From Balanoglossus misakiensis (taxonomy: Eukaryota; Animalia; Hemichordata), in NCBI GenBank assembly GCA_040954595.2, contig CM082587.2:526617-590616 (forward strand): 64,000 nucleotides of DNA, written 5' to 3'. Made by a program: the position numbers and the translations under genes. The notes below the pieces were generated by a model. The model did no database searches. It worked only from the letters and a program-made list of their open reading frames with translations, and had not been told where the DNA came from. Positions 1 through 15,400 of this stretch are shown here, piece by piece (the stretch's first letter is position 1; every line of letters starts with the position of its first letter).

Positions 1-614
1 TACATTGCTGTGTAAAATACAAAACATAAACTTTGATAGGTGCATGGCTTTCAACTCCATTTGAAAGCCTAAAGAAGTTGACTTCTTTGAGTGTGCACAG
101 AAGAGAGATAGCTCTCAAATGATTGCAATTAAACTCTATGTGGATAAACATTACTTGTCGTAAAATAGCCAGAGAATTAACCTGAGGTGATATCGTCTGG
201 CCTCCCGAGTACAGTGTCACTGACTTTAACATGTTTGTCTTCTTAGATGGATTCACTGGAAAACAGTGGTATTTACAGCATACTTCATGGTTGCTGGGGA
301 AACTAGAACTCCCAATTATCCCTTAGGTCTCTCCAAACTGTTTTGATGAAAGAAAGAGTTATTAGGTACATTGTGTAGTCAGGAGTACAGATAAGAGGTG
401 GTCACCAAAAACAAATGGCTACTTTATCTTGTGCTGTCATCTCTGCCAGTATTTTCTTAGCACAATTACATACCTCTTTATGCTAGTCGAAAGTGTGTGA
501 AAGAGGTGCTATGGGTGTGCTAGGTTTATGCCAACAATATGATAAAAAGTGCTAGCATACTGTCAGCATTTTGCTAGGTGTTACTATGTCTGTACTGTAC
601 ATTATCATAAAGTC

Positions 615-668
615 CAGACAGACAGACAGACAGACAGACAGACATAGAGATCGACAGAAAGACAGACA
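615..668. repeat. (CAGA)n microsatellite
   Basis: About 7 perfect units, then degenerate. Confidence 0.9.
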
Positions 669-3289
669 CTATGTGAATTCCCATAAGCTCCCACCCTGCT
701 AGCAATGGAAATAAATTTCAGCGTATACTTACATACCTAACTACATAAAAATAATAAAAGCATTTGGAATAATAAGTCATTTGAACTTTTAATATTTCTC
801 AGTATAATATGAAAGCAATCATTAGATTAATGATAACAATAATAAAAGGAAAGTAATGTCATAATAACTGAAATATCGGAGCATTAAATGACTCAGTGAA
901 GCCATTCTTATAAATACAGATTTACTGAATTAACAATCAGCCGTGATGTGGAATTAGCAGGGAGTCGGTCAAAATGCCCAACTGTGAACAGCGTGTGACT
1001 GGCTATGAAGCCAACACCAATATTATTATCATGATCTAAGGGTTAAACTGCCTATATTGCTTTTCCCAAGCCTTGTCACTCACAAATCATTGGTGCTAGC
1101 TGTTCTATCTTCTTGATCAACTGAACTCAGAATGGTATATTGTAATGACTGTTAAGGTTTACTCATCACAGAATTACATGAATATATTTACATGTGAAAG
1201 AAAAATATTAAAATTTAATTTCCTGTGATAATCAACAAACCATGGACTCATGTAAGTTGGCGTCCATGTTTATAATTCTTAAGATGGCCCTAGAGAATGT
1301 GTAAACAGTATGAACTTGCGTAGAATTTACTGTCCCCCTTGCATATAATTTCTGAAAGCACCCTTGAGACTATCCAATAGAGATTTAATAGCATGGGATC
1401 AAAGCTGTACACTGGAAATTTATAGTCTTATTAAATACTTAAAACTTCCTGAGCAATTTGCAGATTAAGGATTCTTGAATATTTATAGCTCAATTACTTT
1501 GAGAAGGCAATGTTTGCTTTGATGATAAGCAAGTATATTCTCTGAATGTATTGTACACATAGTTTCTACATGCGGCAAAGACAGTCAATTATTGTTTCAG
1601 TAGATGCAGTTTTACTAAGACTGGTAATTGAATAGGCCAAAGGAGATTGTTTTTGATGTGAAATAAAAGTTTATTCAAAGTAAATGATGAGCCACATGAA
1701 TTTATATTATTGAAGTTAATGTTCTATAAGTTGCACAATAAGCCAAATGTTTAATTCACTGCACACTTTATAGGTTTATGGACATCAGGTAGAATGGGTT
1801 GGATGGTTTTGATGAAATAACATGATACATGCATTGGTAGGAATAAAAGTTAGACAGAAAATCATAATGGAAAACTTGATATAGAAAAGAGACATATAGT
1901 TTGATGTGAAAACATAAATAGAACTGCAAAAGAGATATCAGTTGAGCCAATACTGAAATTTTATATGCAGTTCCTAGAGGATTTAAATGATTGTGATGAG
2001 AAAAGTGTAAGAGGAATATCTACATGTAGGACACTCCATGCATCAAACTCTGTGCTTTTGAGTCATGTACAAAAGTAAGAGTATTTCAATGGCTTTGATG
2101 AAATATTAGTATGCATGAAAGAATTTATCAATTACAAAACTATGTTAGTATTTTATTATTTAAGACTCTAATAAAACCAACATAAATATACTTCTTTGTG
2201 TGAATTAAACCAAGATTTATGATACGTCAAATTAAAAATAAACCACTATTTTCAAGGCTTGAGAGTGTACCTGTATCTTCAGACAGATATTCTATCAGCA
2301 TCATGAATAATATGCATCATAAAAATTGGATTCTGAAGTTTATACAGTGCGGAGAAATAATACTTTGTATTTATGAGATAAAATGGATGTCTAAAATATT
2401 AAATATCAGAAAGATAAACAGTGGAGGTTGCCTGACAAGTAGGACACAAATCATGATTTTTTTTCATTATTTCATCAAAAGAATACAGATATGATATACA
2501 TGCTTATGAATATAATATAAGCATGGTACTCCAATGAATATATTCATTTTTTTTAAAAGCTGAGCTCTTTTTTATCATTTGCATCGCTACCTCTAATCCA
2601 ACAGCAAAATTGGCACCTTTCAGCAACCACACAAAATGGCACATATTCTGATATCAAATAAAGATGTAAATATCCAAGGTAACCACTATCGAGAGATTTG
2701 TTTAAATCACATAGTGGATCTGTGTGTAAAATACATTTCCAGGGACGCAGCTAGCTCTTTGCATATTTGCAAGAATTGTGGTTTTAACAAGTCATGCTGT
2801 GTTGCCCTAGCTTGCACTATTTTACTCACTTCCAAAATCAGTCTCTTTGATGTGTGCTTTTCATGGAAACAGCGTGAGTCTTTTCAGATGACGTGAAAGG
2901 ATTTTGTCAAAGAAAAAAAAATAGCCTAGCAAGGTTATCTTTCTATTAAGAAGTCCTGTTGAATGACATACATGGTAGATATTACAGCCTGCCCTGGTAA
3001 TTTTGCAGCCCATTTTGCATTTTAATGTCTTGGTGAAAATGAAAATCGAACCTTAATTGAAACATTGACAGTGATTTCAATGTCACATTTGTCGTCAAAG
3101 CACTGCATGCATTTTTGAAGTCTTTTGTACATTTTTCTATTCATGAATAATTCTCTATAATGCTGGCATGTGGAAACATTGTACTAAACATTCTCTTTTT
3201 CCCAACAAAATTGGAACGTCCACATGATACGGATGCCAATAGTAAAACTTTGCTTTAACAGCAAACCATTTGTTTTTTTTATCTTACAG

Positions 3290-3427
3290 TGTAAACCAGG
3301 ACTTGGTACAAATGCTCTCTATCAATTGTTGTACAATGAACCCAAGAAGATCTTACTTCTTGGTGCAGGTTGTAGTACAGTGTCGACCAGAGTTGCTGAA
3401 GCAGCCAGGATGTGGAATCTCATTGTG
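3290..3427 (+). CDS. GABBR1: GABBR1 exon (VFT; CKPGLG...MWNLIV)
   Basis: tcttacag acceptor, gtatgt donor, 138 nt, phase 0/0. Confidence 0.93.
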
Positions 3428-6400
3428 GTATGTCTGACACTTTCTGTCATTACTCATTTAAACTTTCAATAAACTTTCAATTTTGACTCACCCACATAAT
3501 TTTACATTACTTTTTGTCATTTTCTCATCATTTTCAGTATCACGACTAAAGTAACTGTCACATCAAACTTTATGAGCCAAGATAAATCTTCACTTTCAAC
3601 ATGTAGATTATCTGATACAGCTTTGTCTTTGTTTCAAATTTGATGGACAGGAAAACAACAGTCATCATGTCATGGCCAACAATATCCAGAAAGTTTCTCG
3701 CTGGGTTCTGAGCTACAGAATCATTATTAAGTTGTGTTTTTTGGGGATTCTGTGTTCTGTGCATATGCATATTTATACAATGCTCATGTATGCCCCCTGA
3801 AGTAGTTTGTCATTGCCAAGGTTATTCCAGACTCCATCCCTGGATGGTAACATAAATGTCAAGATGGAAACTTGGGAATAAAACTAACCTTGATCTGTGG
3901 TTTGTGTATACATCATAATGGTCTGGCAAAATTGGACAAAAGTTAGATTTATTTTGCAGGCAAAGGAATGATTAGTGGTCGTGACCCAGGGTTAGCGTAT
4001 ACGAACTGTAATTGAATTTTTGATGAATTTCGTTTAAAAATGACGGCTCCTGCCCAGTCATAGTTTTCATTTGATTGAAACTAACAACGAATGGACTTGG
4101 TGTGATTGCCATCAGAATCCAATTGATTGGGAAATTGTTATTACGCTCGATGGAAGATTAATGAAGTATTCTTCTCTTGCAGCTGTCATATGGGTCAAGT
4201 TCACCAGCGTTGTCGAACAGAGAGAGGTTTCCAACATTTTTCCGAACCCATCCATCAGCAACCTTGCACAACCCGACAAGAGTTCGTCTTTTCAAAGATT
4301 GGAAGTGGACAAAAATTGCTACAATCCAAGAAACTCAGGAAGTGTTTACTTCAGTAAGTTTCAAGTATTAAGATGATTGAAGTCTATAAATATAACAAGC
4401 GAAATGTATTGTGATTGGAATCTGTCTGTCTTCTGTATTTCTGCTTGTCCATACACTGCAAACACTAAAGAACCAGAATTTCACCCGAGGATTTGGAATG
4501 CTGTCGCACATAACTGACAGCTTTAAGCTAAAAACAAAACAAAACATTTATCATCACGTCCCTGACAAGACAGATCTTCAAGAGAGAAAACCGCAAGCAG
4601 TACGACACTCTTGGGTTTTCTGACAAACCATTGCTTGGATCCCAAGTGTGCTACTTTTCATGGTGTGAATTTGATGCCATTACATTTGCACAATAAAAAA
4701 GAGTCGTCTTGAGAACAAGGAAGATTTGCTGAATGAGATATGTTTCCACTTGGGTGCAAGCAAAATCATCGTAGAGGTGATACATACAAGTATGCTGAAA
4801 AAGTTCATCTGACCCTCAGGAACAAATCTCTTATATTTCTAGGCTAGAGTTTTTGCTTGAATTTTCTGACTCTTCAAATTCAGGGCCCCCAAGTCATTGT
4901 CCAGTTTTGTGTGTTTGCATTGGATATATCAGGACAGAACTCTAACTATGAGAGAATTGTCCTATATACCAATTAAGCTTTCAGTTTGGCCAGTAGAATT
5001 TTCTAAACAATCAACACTACATTTGTCAGGTTGAACCAAAGTAAATACATGTATTCACAGACAATAGAAGACTTAGAGAGACGAGTTCGAGCAGCCGGCA
5101 TGGAGATAGCAATGAGACAAAGTTTCCTGACAGACCCACAGAATGCAGTCAGGATTCTCAAAAGACAAGACGCAAGAATCATTGTGGGTGTGTTCTATGA
5201 AGATATGGCCAGGAGAGTATTCTGTGAGGTAAAGTTAACATTAAACTTCCAAACATTTGCAAAGATTGGTCCTGAAAGTCTATGGGGTATGCCCAAAAAA
5301 ACTCACTCGCAAAAATGTTCCAAATCTACATGCATCCAGACATGAATCTACAAACCTGGAAACTTTCAAAAGAAAATTACAAACCCACATGTTCACCAGA
5401 GCATACAGTTCATTTATTCCTTCATTCATTGATATAACTATCCATTAATTATAGTTCTGTGGAGAATAAGGAGATAAACAGAATTCTTTTATTTTAGGTT
5501 TATAAGGAAAAATTATATGGTCGGAAGTACATCTGGTTTATCATTGGTTGGTATCCAGACAACTGGTATGCAGTGCCGGATGACAAAGTGAACTGTACAG
5601 CTGATCAGTTGAAGGAAGCTCTGGAGGGACATCTCACAACGGAAGTCATGATGTTGAATCCGGATGATTCTATCACTGTATCAGGAATGGTTCGTAGTTG
5701 TCATTACTTTGGAATGGGACTTGTTGCAATAACGGAAATATTGTTCCAGACTTCTGTCAAGAATGGAATTCGACTTTAGCACGTGAACATGTAGAAACTT
5801 GTAGCATGTTATAAAATCTGGTTCCCTGTCTGAAATGTGTCGACATAACTTTTTGTGGCATAATAACATCAGTGATTCTTTAACAGAATACCCGCAGATT
5901 TACTGCTGCACTGTTTGTGAGGTTCTTGCGTCAGAAGTGATGTCAGTCACTCATAAAACACCATTGCTTGCAGAAAACACCTTTGGAGGGATCAAGAATA
6001 AAATAAAGACTGAATAAAAAAAAACAGGTTTATTTCTTGGTTTATGCATCTCAGATATTGCCAATTTTCACTCAGGGTGTTAAAAAATCTATCAACAATT
6101 GTATTTCATCACTCCACAAATTCCAAAGACATAAAGAATGTTCATCACTGTGTGACGTTAACAATCGATGAAGTTATTACAGTCAAGACATCAAAACTGA
6201 AACAAAAAACCGAGATGACGTCAAATCATAAAACACGTTACTATTAATCTTATGGGTATACCCCGGTACATTCATACATGTATCACAAAACTGTCATCTT
6301 CTTTGCAGACGTCGAATGATTTTGTCAACAATTTACTCAGGCGAATTGGAGATCCGTATAAAACTTCCGGATACCCTGAAGCTCCATTGGCATATGATGC

Positions 6401-9400
6401 AGTTTGGGCTCTGGTACTGGCATTAAACAAGTGAGTCACTTACAATTTACATCCATGAGAATTTAGCTGGAACACCTTGAGAATTATAAAGTCACAAACA
6501 AGCAGAATGTGTGCTGGGGTATGCAGAGGTATATGAATATTCATGAAGGGGAGGGAGAAGTTTCCTCAAAACTAGAAATTTTGTACACATCAAGTCAGTG
6601 TATGTGTTATAAGTCTGTGTGTCTGATTAGATGGCAATACAAACGAACAAACTATTGGTGGCACACAAAACACCTATAAATCTTTATTTGTAGATTCATT
6701 TGCATAATGTGTCTTGTGCACCTGCAGACAAGTTAAAACTCTGTTGTCATCTCTGAGATAGAATGGTGAAAACTGTCCGAAAGTAGGGTTTCCCATGCGT
6801 TATCTCTGTTAAACACTATCATTTACAAAATTGATGGTTTTAACGGTTACCGTTAAAACAATCAATTTTGTAAATGTAGCCAACCTACATTGTAGACTCC
6901 TTCATGGGTTTTCAATCTAAAGCCTGGCATTATCAAGGTTGTAAGTTGATTCCTTCCCTTGGGAAAGAGTTGAAGTTCTGCTAACCCAGAAAGCAAAACC
7001 AAAATACCTTCAATCATTGATCTGGGACTCTGGAGAATTGAAATTAAATTACTTCTTGGTATGTCCTTAGCATTCTTGACATTTGATAATAGGGTTGGGT
7101 CCAGAAAAAAATGAACACTGAATTTGAAAACAAGCTCATAAAAGGATTACTCCTATGTGGCGTGTCTGAGTCACATACTTCACCACATGTCACTATTTTT
7201 ATGATCATCTGACATTTTTGTCATGGTTTTTCATGCGTGTTCATACTGTTTTGCTAATAATTTCATACACTGTACCGTTGCACTATTGGGACGCACCCTG
7301 ATATTTTAAATCCTCACACGCAAATTTTAATGCATAAAATCGCGAATCGAAAACTCAAAACTAAACTCATGGGAAAATCAGAAAGACCGTCTCCAAGGCA
7401 AAGGGCATAATTTTTTTTTGAGATATGAAAATAATCAGAAAGTAATCAGAGACATGAAAATGCAGGTAATCAGAGAAGGAATATCAGGGTTCTGTTTAAA
7501 GTCACCATGGTTACAAATGATGTTGGTGATTACTTTATAGGGTCTGAAAATAGATTTTTAGAGATCAAAGAGAATAAACACAGATCAGTTTGATACCATG
7601 GGAATTAAATACAGACCTGGCATCCAAATGAATTCACTTCCTGAATTCTAAAGAGGGTTAAACAATCTTCGTTGTATTTATCTTTCTGTGAAGGTGGCAA
7701 TCTTCATGAAGATAGCCAGGTCTGAGTTAGATAAGGAAGACATCAATCACCCTGATTGAGCGTATTACGTTAAATGACGCTGCAGAAATTGAATGGAACT
7801 GGAGCGTTCCGTTTAATTAGTTTTCTGAAACCTGAACAGGTTGTGTAAAGCTTTCCTGCTATTGCCGCCGAGCTTTGAGAGGGAGGATGCAGTTGAGTTG
7901 GATGTGAAGATGGCGGAATATTTGACCTGAAGACGATCTCATTCATTATCCGTTTGACTCTTTTCTTGCTGTCCCAGAATGCCATCAGGCTTTAAATGTC
8001 CATTGAATTTTCCGTCAGAATTCAATGAGTACAGACTCATTTCACTGGGTTCAGCTGCAGTTCTCCACTACAGAAACAGATTTCTTTTCAATCTTCCTGG
8101 GATCAAATTTCCTAATTTATGGTGTACCCCAGGTAAACTCTACCGGGGTTCCCCAGTCATTTTACTGGAGTTTTCCATTGGTACATCAATGCCATGAATG
8201 CAGTCACACATGTATAATGGGTAGTAGAGAATGTTACCAAGTCATTCCCCAATTTTTGTATCAACACTCGGAATGGCAGTGATGATTTTGTTAATATATC
8301 CAAATGATATTGAATATTACACAGAGCACACCAATTATGAACTGCAATTCACATGTCTACATTGTATACATTTTGTATCTAGCTCCACAGCAAACAGACC
8401 CTGGATCATAGCACACACTTCCCTTCATTTTGTAACCAAGTTTTATCAGGCTGCTGATTTTTGCCTGCAGGGAGTACATTTACTTCAATAAAAAGAGAAA
8501 ATGGCACAGGGGACTGTTAACTACCTAATGTTTTATGTTTTCAGAGACAGTAAACAAGATATTGCATTTATTGCAAATATTCCTGTATCATTTTGTTTTC
8601 GAAAGAAAGTGTTTGTCTGCAGGGCACACGGGCACCATTTGCAGTAAAAGATGAAAAAGACCTGTAAAATATAAAACGTAACAAGAAAATGAATGGACTT
8701 GTTTTATAGCAGACAATAAAATTGCTGTTTTATAGTGATTGGTGGCAAATTTAGAGCTACTTATTATGCTGTTTTAACAGGAGTCTGATAGAAATTAGAT
8801 TTTCCAATTGTGTGAAAGGCTGGCTTGTTCAGATGATTCTGAATATTTCATGTGACAAATACATGTATGAATATACTGTATTTTACCATTTCACAAAAAG
8901 GGTAAATATAAAGGCACATGAAATGCAACAGTGTCACAACTTATTGTCCAGGTAAACTTCATGATGTGTATTTACTACAGTAAATACACATCATTCTCTG
9001 GTGGACAGTGATGGACTTGGCTTACATATTGTTGTGTTATACATTGTTTTCAGTTGTCAGTCTTTTCATAGCTTTCTGTTCATTTTTCTCCTATAATGCA
9101 GGACAATGAATCGTCTTGCTGCCCAAGGTATGAAGCTAGAAGACTATGATTATCACAACAGAGAAATTGCAAATGAGATATACAAGGCAATGAACGAAAC
9201 AGATTTCTTTGGCGTCTCAGTAAGTAACTGTTAGTTCTGAGTAGTATTGACACTGCTTTGTGTAACTGTATGAAAGTGGGGGTTCCAACATTATCTTTGA
9301 TGAGAAAATATGAGTTTGAAAAGAATGTTGCAGGTAAATTCATTGCTACGATAAAGTTACAGCACATTTATGAGAGTGTGGTATTTTTCAGATGAGAGGT

Positions 9401-12400
9401 GCTTTCATGTCTGTTCCTCGCAAATCTGTATTACATGTATTAGCTCTTGAGTTCAACCACAAGCTGTGAAGCTGTTTTCATTTCAATGTCCAAACTTTTT
9501 TCTTTTAATGCTCAGTATGTAGACGAGTATTTGAAGAGACAAGTGGAACAGAATAACAACTGATCATTAATTATGCATGAAGGAGTGTACATGTATGTCA
9601 ACACATACCAGGAATACATGTGAAAATAAGTCCAGATCATTTATTATTGATGTATATTTCATGAAACTTAATATTTTTGTCCCATCTTTTCTTGTTAACA
9701 CTGAAGGGTCCAGTTGCATTCTCTGCCACTGGTGACAGATTGGCGTGGACGCAAATTGAACAAATGACAGGTGAGATGACAAACAGAATGTAACACTCCA
9801 TTTGTCAGAAACAAAAAAGTATCTTCACTTTGAAATCATAGATGTGTTCAATTCAGATTCACTGCATCCATATCTGAGCAGAAACTAGCCCAGAGTGAGA
9901 ATAATTCACTCTTAGCTGATTCCAAAGCCTGCCTATCTATAATGGAACAGATTGAATTTGAAAGTTTTCATCATTGCATGAAAATACATTCTGTTTTATA
10001 TCAGCAATTTCAGCCACAGATTTTATGAAGCAAGAAAGAATCTAAAATGTGCACAGTCTGCACTCAAAATAAATTAACCTTCTTGCATTGTAACTAGCGC
10101 AATGTCAAAGCAATAACCAGGCAGCGTGGATTTGAAGAAAACCACTATAAAAATGTGATTGATAATTTACAGTAAAGTCTGAATGTGTCCCAGTAGGTTT
10201 TGTTATAAATGTACGTATCAATGTTGTTAGTTGTATCTGCCAGGAAGGGTCAGTGTGACATTGTTCCAAGATTTCCAAGTTTGACAAGAATCTATCATTG
10301 CGTTCAGTTTTCACAAAGCAAAATTTTGATACCTTTCCAAGATGAGAAAGTGGGAAAGTGTAACACAGTGTAACACAGTTTATGATTTGTACATACCGGT
10401 AGTTCGAAGCCTTTCACAGAGGATTTCTCAATAGCCTAAATACCCTTTGAGTATTGCAACAGTTGCATGATGCCTGCTGCCTCCAGATTTAATCCTAACA
10501 TCTATTGTTTTCTCCTTACAGACGGCAAATACCACAAAGTGGGTTTTTATGACAGCAGAAACGACAATCTGACATGGATTAGAGCAGTAAAGTGGCTTGG
10601 TATGTGAATATAACATATGCTGTTTTATTCAGAAAGTAGATTTGTGCCAGCTAACCCAGTTATCACATTCTGCCGCAGGGAATGGGATTCCGTCAAAGAA
10701 TGGATTCTGATTCTATTGTCAGATTTCAATGGCATTACCAGTTGCTGTATTTTGTACGCATTGTGATATTCCCAATAGAAAAAAAAACTCCCTCAGATAA
10801 ATACTTGACTGTGTGAATAACACACAATCCGTCAAAAGTATTTGTTTTCTTCATCTGACCCATCAAACAAGATGAGGAACTAAGTTTTCAGTCACAGTTC
10901 AAAAGGTTTTTCACATTTCGGTTAAACCTAACTAAGGCTATTTTCATTTGATGTTTTTCAACACAGTTTATCAGTTTAATATCCCTTGTATTCTGTACTG
11001 GTTTTATTCCTTGTTGAGCATGGCTTGCTTATCAAGTTAGCAGGATTGATATTCGTCATGATACAGGTGGCCAAGTTGGCTCTCGGCCAGAATTACGGTG
11101 TCACACAGAGCTAATCACTACAGGTACCGATCTCGTCGTGTGACTGAACTGAAAGAAATAGAACGGCTGTTCAGAATTATTCAAAGTGAAAAATTGTACC
11201 GGTATATATTTGTAACAATAACCTCATCTCATGCAGGTTTCTAATGGGGGTTCTCTGGTGAAGCCTGGTGTGTTTATGTAAATTGCTCAGTGGGAGACCA
11301 AGAATACTTAATACAATATTTCAAAACATATTTATGGATCTTGATCAAAATGGGAATGCAGTCTCATTGATACCAAAACTGTCATCAGTTCGTCAGACTG
11401 CCAACCAGAATGTAAAAGCGATTGTTTTGCATTTTACAGTGACATATAATTCTGCGAAAGCAGCAGCACATTCAGTTTGCATCATTTGCTTTGTATGAAT
11501 TCCTGAGGTTTGTTAGAAGCAGCAATCGAGAGTCTGTTTTGATCGTTTTGGTCAAATTAGACCGAGAAAAGATTATTTGCTTTCACAGAGTACAATACGA
11601 GCCTCTACCAATGATTTTAATCTGCCATCTCATCAAGCATGGAAAGTAGATGTGAAATGCTGCAGTGCAATTACCACAGCCATTCATCTAATGGCCTCTT
11701 TTTTATCTCACAAACAGGTGATGGTCCACCAGCTGATCAAACAGAAGAAATCCGTCAAATTAGTGTAATATCAGTGAATCTGTACGCTGCAATGTGTACT
11801 CTAGCATTTCTAGGAATTGTAGCGGCTGTTGCATCCCTTACTTTTAATGTTTGGTTCAGAAAAACAAGGTATGTAGTACAGAAAAGGAAACTATGCTTTT
11901 GTAGTTGAGGTACATAGTACTGCTAGACAAAGAAATCTAGCTCAATTATTTGTGACATTTTGGTATAAAAATCTACTGCAAATTATGTGAACAGAAAAAG
12001 TTGTCCATCAGAATGTGCTTATATTAAAGTGAACGGTGAACCTCCATCACTTGTTGGACGACCAAGGGGAAAAGCCACTTCTGTAAACCTGCATGCAGTG
12101 GTGAGAAAAATATTTTACATTCAGGATATTTTTATCATCACATTTACAAAGTTTCTTCATTCTATTTCAGATATATTCAGCTTTCCCATCCAAGTCTTAA
12201 CAACATAATCGTCACAGGGTGTATAGTATGTCTCAGTTGTGTCTTTCTGTTGGGATTGGATGGAAAGTTTGTTTCACCAGAAATCTATCCAATTGTGTGC
12301 CAGGTAAAAACATTTCTATTTCAGATCATCAAATTTTCCTCGCCATGCTTATACGTCTTAACATTACACTCTGACCCATGGTGACCTGTAGCTATGACAA

Positions 12401-15400
12401 CATAGTACAGTTTTCTTCTGACATTATTTCATCAAGAATTACTACTGCTATAAACTGGTGACTGTTTTTTTCTGGGTAGATAGATTTACATCTTCAGTTT
12501 TTATTTTCTGAAACAACCTTCACCTCAGCCTTCCCAGCCAATAGCTTTTGTATCACTTTAAAAAATCTATGCGTATTCTGTGATTGAAAAACTCCAGAAG
12601 CAATTGCACCAATGCATCAGAAACTTTTACATCTTGCCTCACAGACAACGCTGAAAGGCACACAATGTAACTCGTGTACTATTTTTAGCGTTCTGTCAAA
12701 CAATGTTATCTGTTCAAACCATGTGACGGAAAGAGTAATCTACCATATCTTGGCTGTTTCATCATCCATAATGCATAAAGCTTGATGAAATCTCTCCTCG
12801 ACTTCATATCTGAGTCAGTTCATACACAAAGAAAGAACACATGATATACAAAGTCTTGTGTTGCAAGATATGTTTTCATTCAACAAAGTCTAGAATAGAC
12901 CTACAATGGTGTTCAGACTGTTTTGATAAATGAGAAAAAATCTCTTAAAAAACATCTTGGCAGGAGTAATATCATGTGACATGAGTGGAGTGCAATCTGA
13001 CACAGGATCCATGTGTGTGTGCATCATCTCTTCTTTTTTAACTGCTGATGTTGAAGTCAGCTTTCACCACAACAAGATCGCGACCATGTGTAGAGGAACA
13101 TAAGCCTAAAAATGTCTGATCAAAGTCATCAACACACACAGAAATGCTATCAGTAATGTATTCTGACTTTTGGCATTTCACTTTCCATTAGAACACTCAG
13201 ACGGGCCCTTTAACCATAAATGGGCATATGCAAATTGGAAATTGTAGCCTGAAAGTTAGCCAGTGAAAGAAATTGTAGAATATCTTTGTAATAAGCAAAT
13301 CTAACTTCTCATGGCATTATTTATTCAGATTTGAAGGAGAAATCTATTAAATATGAACATTTCAATCTGTTGAGAAAGTCATTTACAACACCAGAGGGTC
13401 ATTCTTGGCCTCTGATTGTGCCTATCCCAAGATGCATTGCTGAAGTGGTACATTTTCCTGCAGGCTTTCAACTTTTAATCTTTGTTCATTTGTGCATGAA
13501 ACTGCTCACCCGGCCAGCATCTGATTTCATGCATGCTGTCGTCTGCAATCTTCAAGGGAATACAAAGCCCTTGGTGAAAGGGAACAAGACATTCACCTTT
13601 CTCTCCCAATCAGTCTAGCATACTTTAGAGATTCCAGAGAGAATACTCATTTATCAGAGCAAGAAATGTAGATTCTGTCATCTTTTATGTCATTCATAGA
13701 AAAACTCATTAACTGTTGTGAAAATGCTTTCATCAGTCATAAACGCAAAGTTATCTCGAGATGACAGGAAATAAAATAGCTACACGGTCAATGAAATGGA
13801 AAATGTTAAGCCATTTTCTTTCCGGAATTAATATCAGCAATCTTTTCAGTGAGTACAAGAGAATATGATACAAGGGCTTTCATTAAGGGGGATGCATGTT
13901 ACATGTATCAGGTTTTCTTAAACGATTTTTCTTATTAGATGATGAAGGATATCCCATCACAGAGTTGCATTAAGTTTAGTATCAATGTACATGTACCGTA
14001 CATGCATGTACTTTAATGGTGAGGATATTTTGCTTACAGGTATGAGTAAAATACATTCTTTGTTTTGTTGGAAAGAATGTTTCCATTATAAAAGCAAAAT
14101 GAATCTTCCCACTTTATTTTCACAACAATATTCCATTTTTCCAGAACAGAATGTGGGTGTACCCCAGAGGAATCTTCTAATCGAATATATCAATGTGTAC
14201 AAATCGAACAAAGAGTCCATGGGGCTCTGATAATCAAGCGAGGCACTATCAGTAATGGACTAAATATGATGAAGTCAAAAAGTGACGACTTTTGTCCCTG
14301 TAGGGCAAGTTTACACAACACCTGTGTGTCTTCCATGGAACAAATGGTTTCAGTTAGAGAATTGGAGCTTGTAACCTAGAATAGGAGGAAAATAGGTTAT
14401 CATTACAATAGCAGTCATTGTTCTTCCTACTCGAAGACACTTTGTTCAAAGAAACACTGTAAACTGAAGACAGTTTAATTCCAGAAAAGTTACAATCAAG
14501 TTTCTGTTTCTTTTTCTGTTTCAGATGAATGCATGGGTCCTTTGTATCGGTTTTAGTCTGGCGTACGGCGCGATGTTCAGTAAAGTCTGGAGAGTGCACA
14601 GACTGAGCACCAAAGAAAAAGCCAACGAGGCAGATGATAAGAAAAGACGTAGAAGAAAAGAAGAGAGGAAAAAGACAAGAAAGGTGGGAAATACATGATT
14701 GCTATGGTTTAATACAAGAGTGTAGTAACCATGGCAATAATATTTGGTTGCTATGGACACCATAGAATGATATATGGCAGCTACGATTATGGTAGATGCT
14801 GTTATAGTAACCGTGGAAAAATGCATTATTGCTATGGTTACAAGAGTTGCCATAGTAACCTGGCAATAGCATTATGCTATGGTTACAAGAATCTAGTGAC
14901 CATAGAAATAATATCTTACATAATATCTTTTCAGGTGATTCAGACATCCCTCTGAACGAATACCTCCATACCCCCTTTCTTGTATCCTAAACTGAAATGA
15001 AATTAAATTGACACTCTTTACACTAGAGGAAAGAAAAGAATCTTGGCTAATATCTGTGTTCACAAAGAATAACACAATGTAGGAAGTGATTGAAAAGGTG
15101 TCTGGGAGAACCTTATACATGTAAGTGAGTGTTTGAGGAATAGTCATATGTGAGTCAGGCTATTGGGCTTTTTCAAATGAATGTTTGCTCTTCATCCATG
15201 GAACCAACGCCTTAAAAGGCACCGATGAACACACTTCAAACTGTGTTCATGATATTACCTGCATTCAGAGTTGATTAAAGTTCATTGAAGAACTGGTGAT
15301 GTGGAAAGGGAGAGAAAAAAGCGTGAGTGCACAAAAGAGCTAACTATGCCGCCCGTGTTTGTACAATGCATTAGAAGGCCCCAACGGAAAGAGATCCACA

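Noticed and set aside
1-3289. N-terminal GABBR1 exons (signal peptide, sushi domains, start of the VFT)
   Set aside because: No matching peptide found by eye; presumably upstream of the window
7770-7985. 71-aa antisense ORF in a relatively GC-rich intron patch
   Set aside because: No recognisable family or splice donor; more likely non-coding
14935-14955. Strong acceptor tcttttcag after the TM3 exon
   Set aside because: Gives VIQTSL* immediately, a 3-TM truncation with no other support
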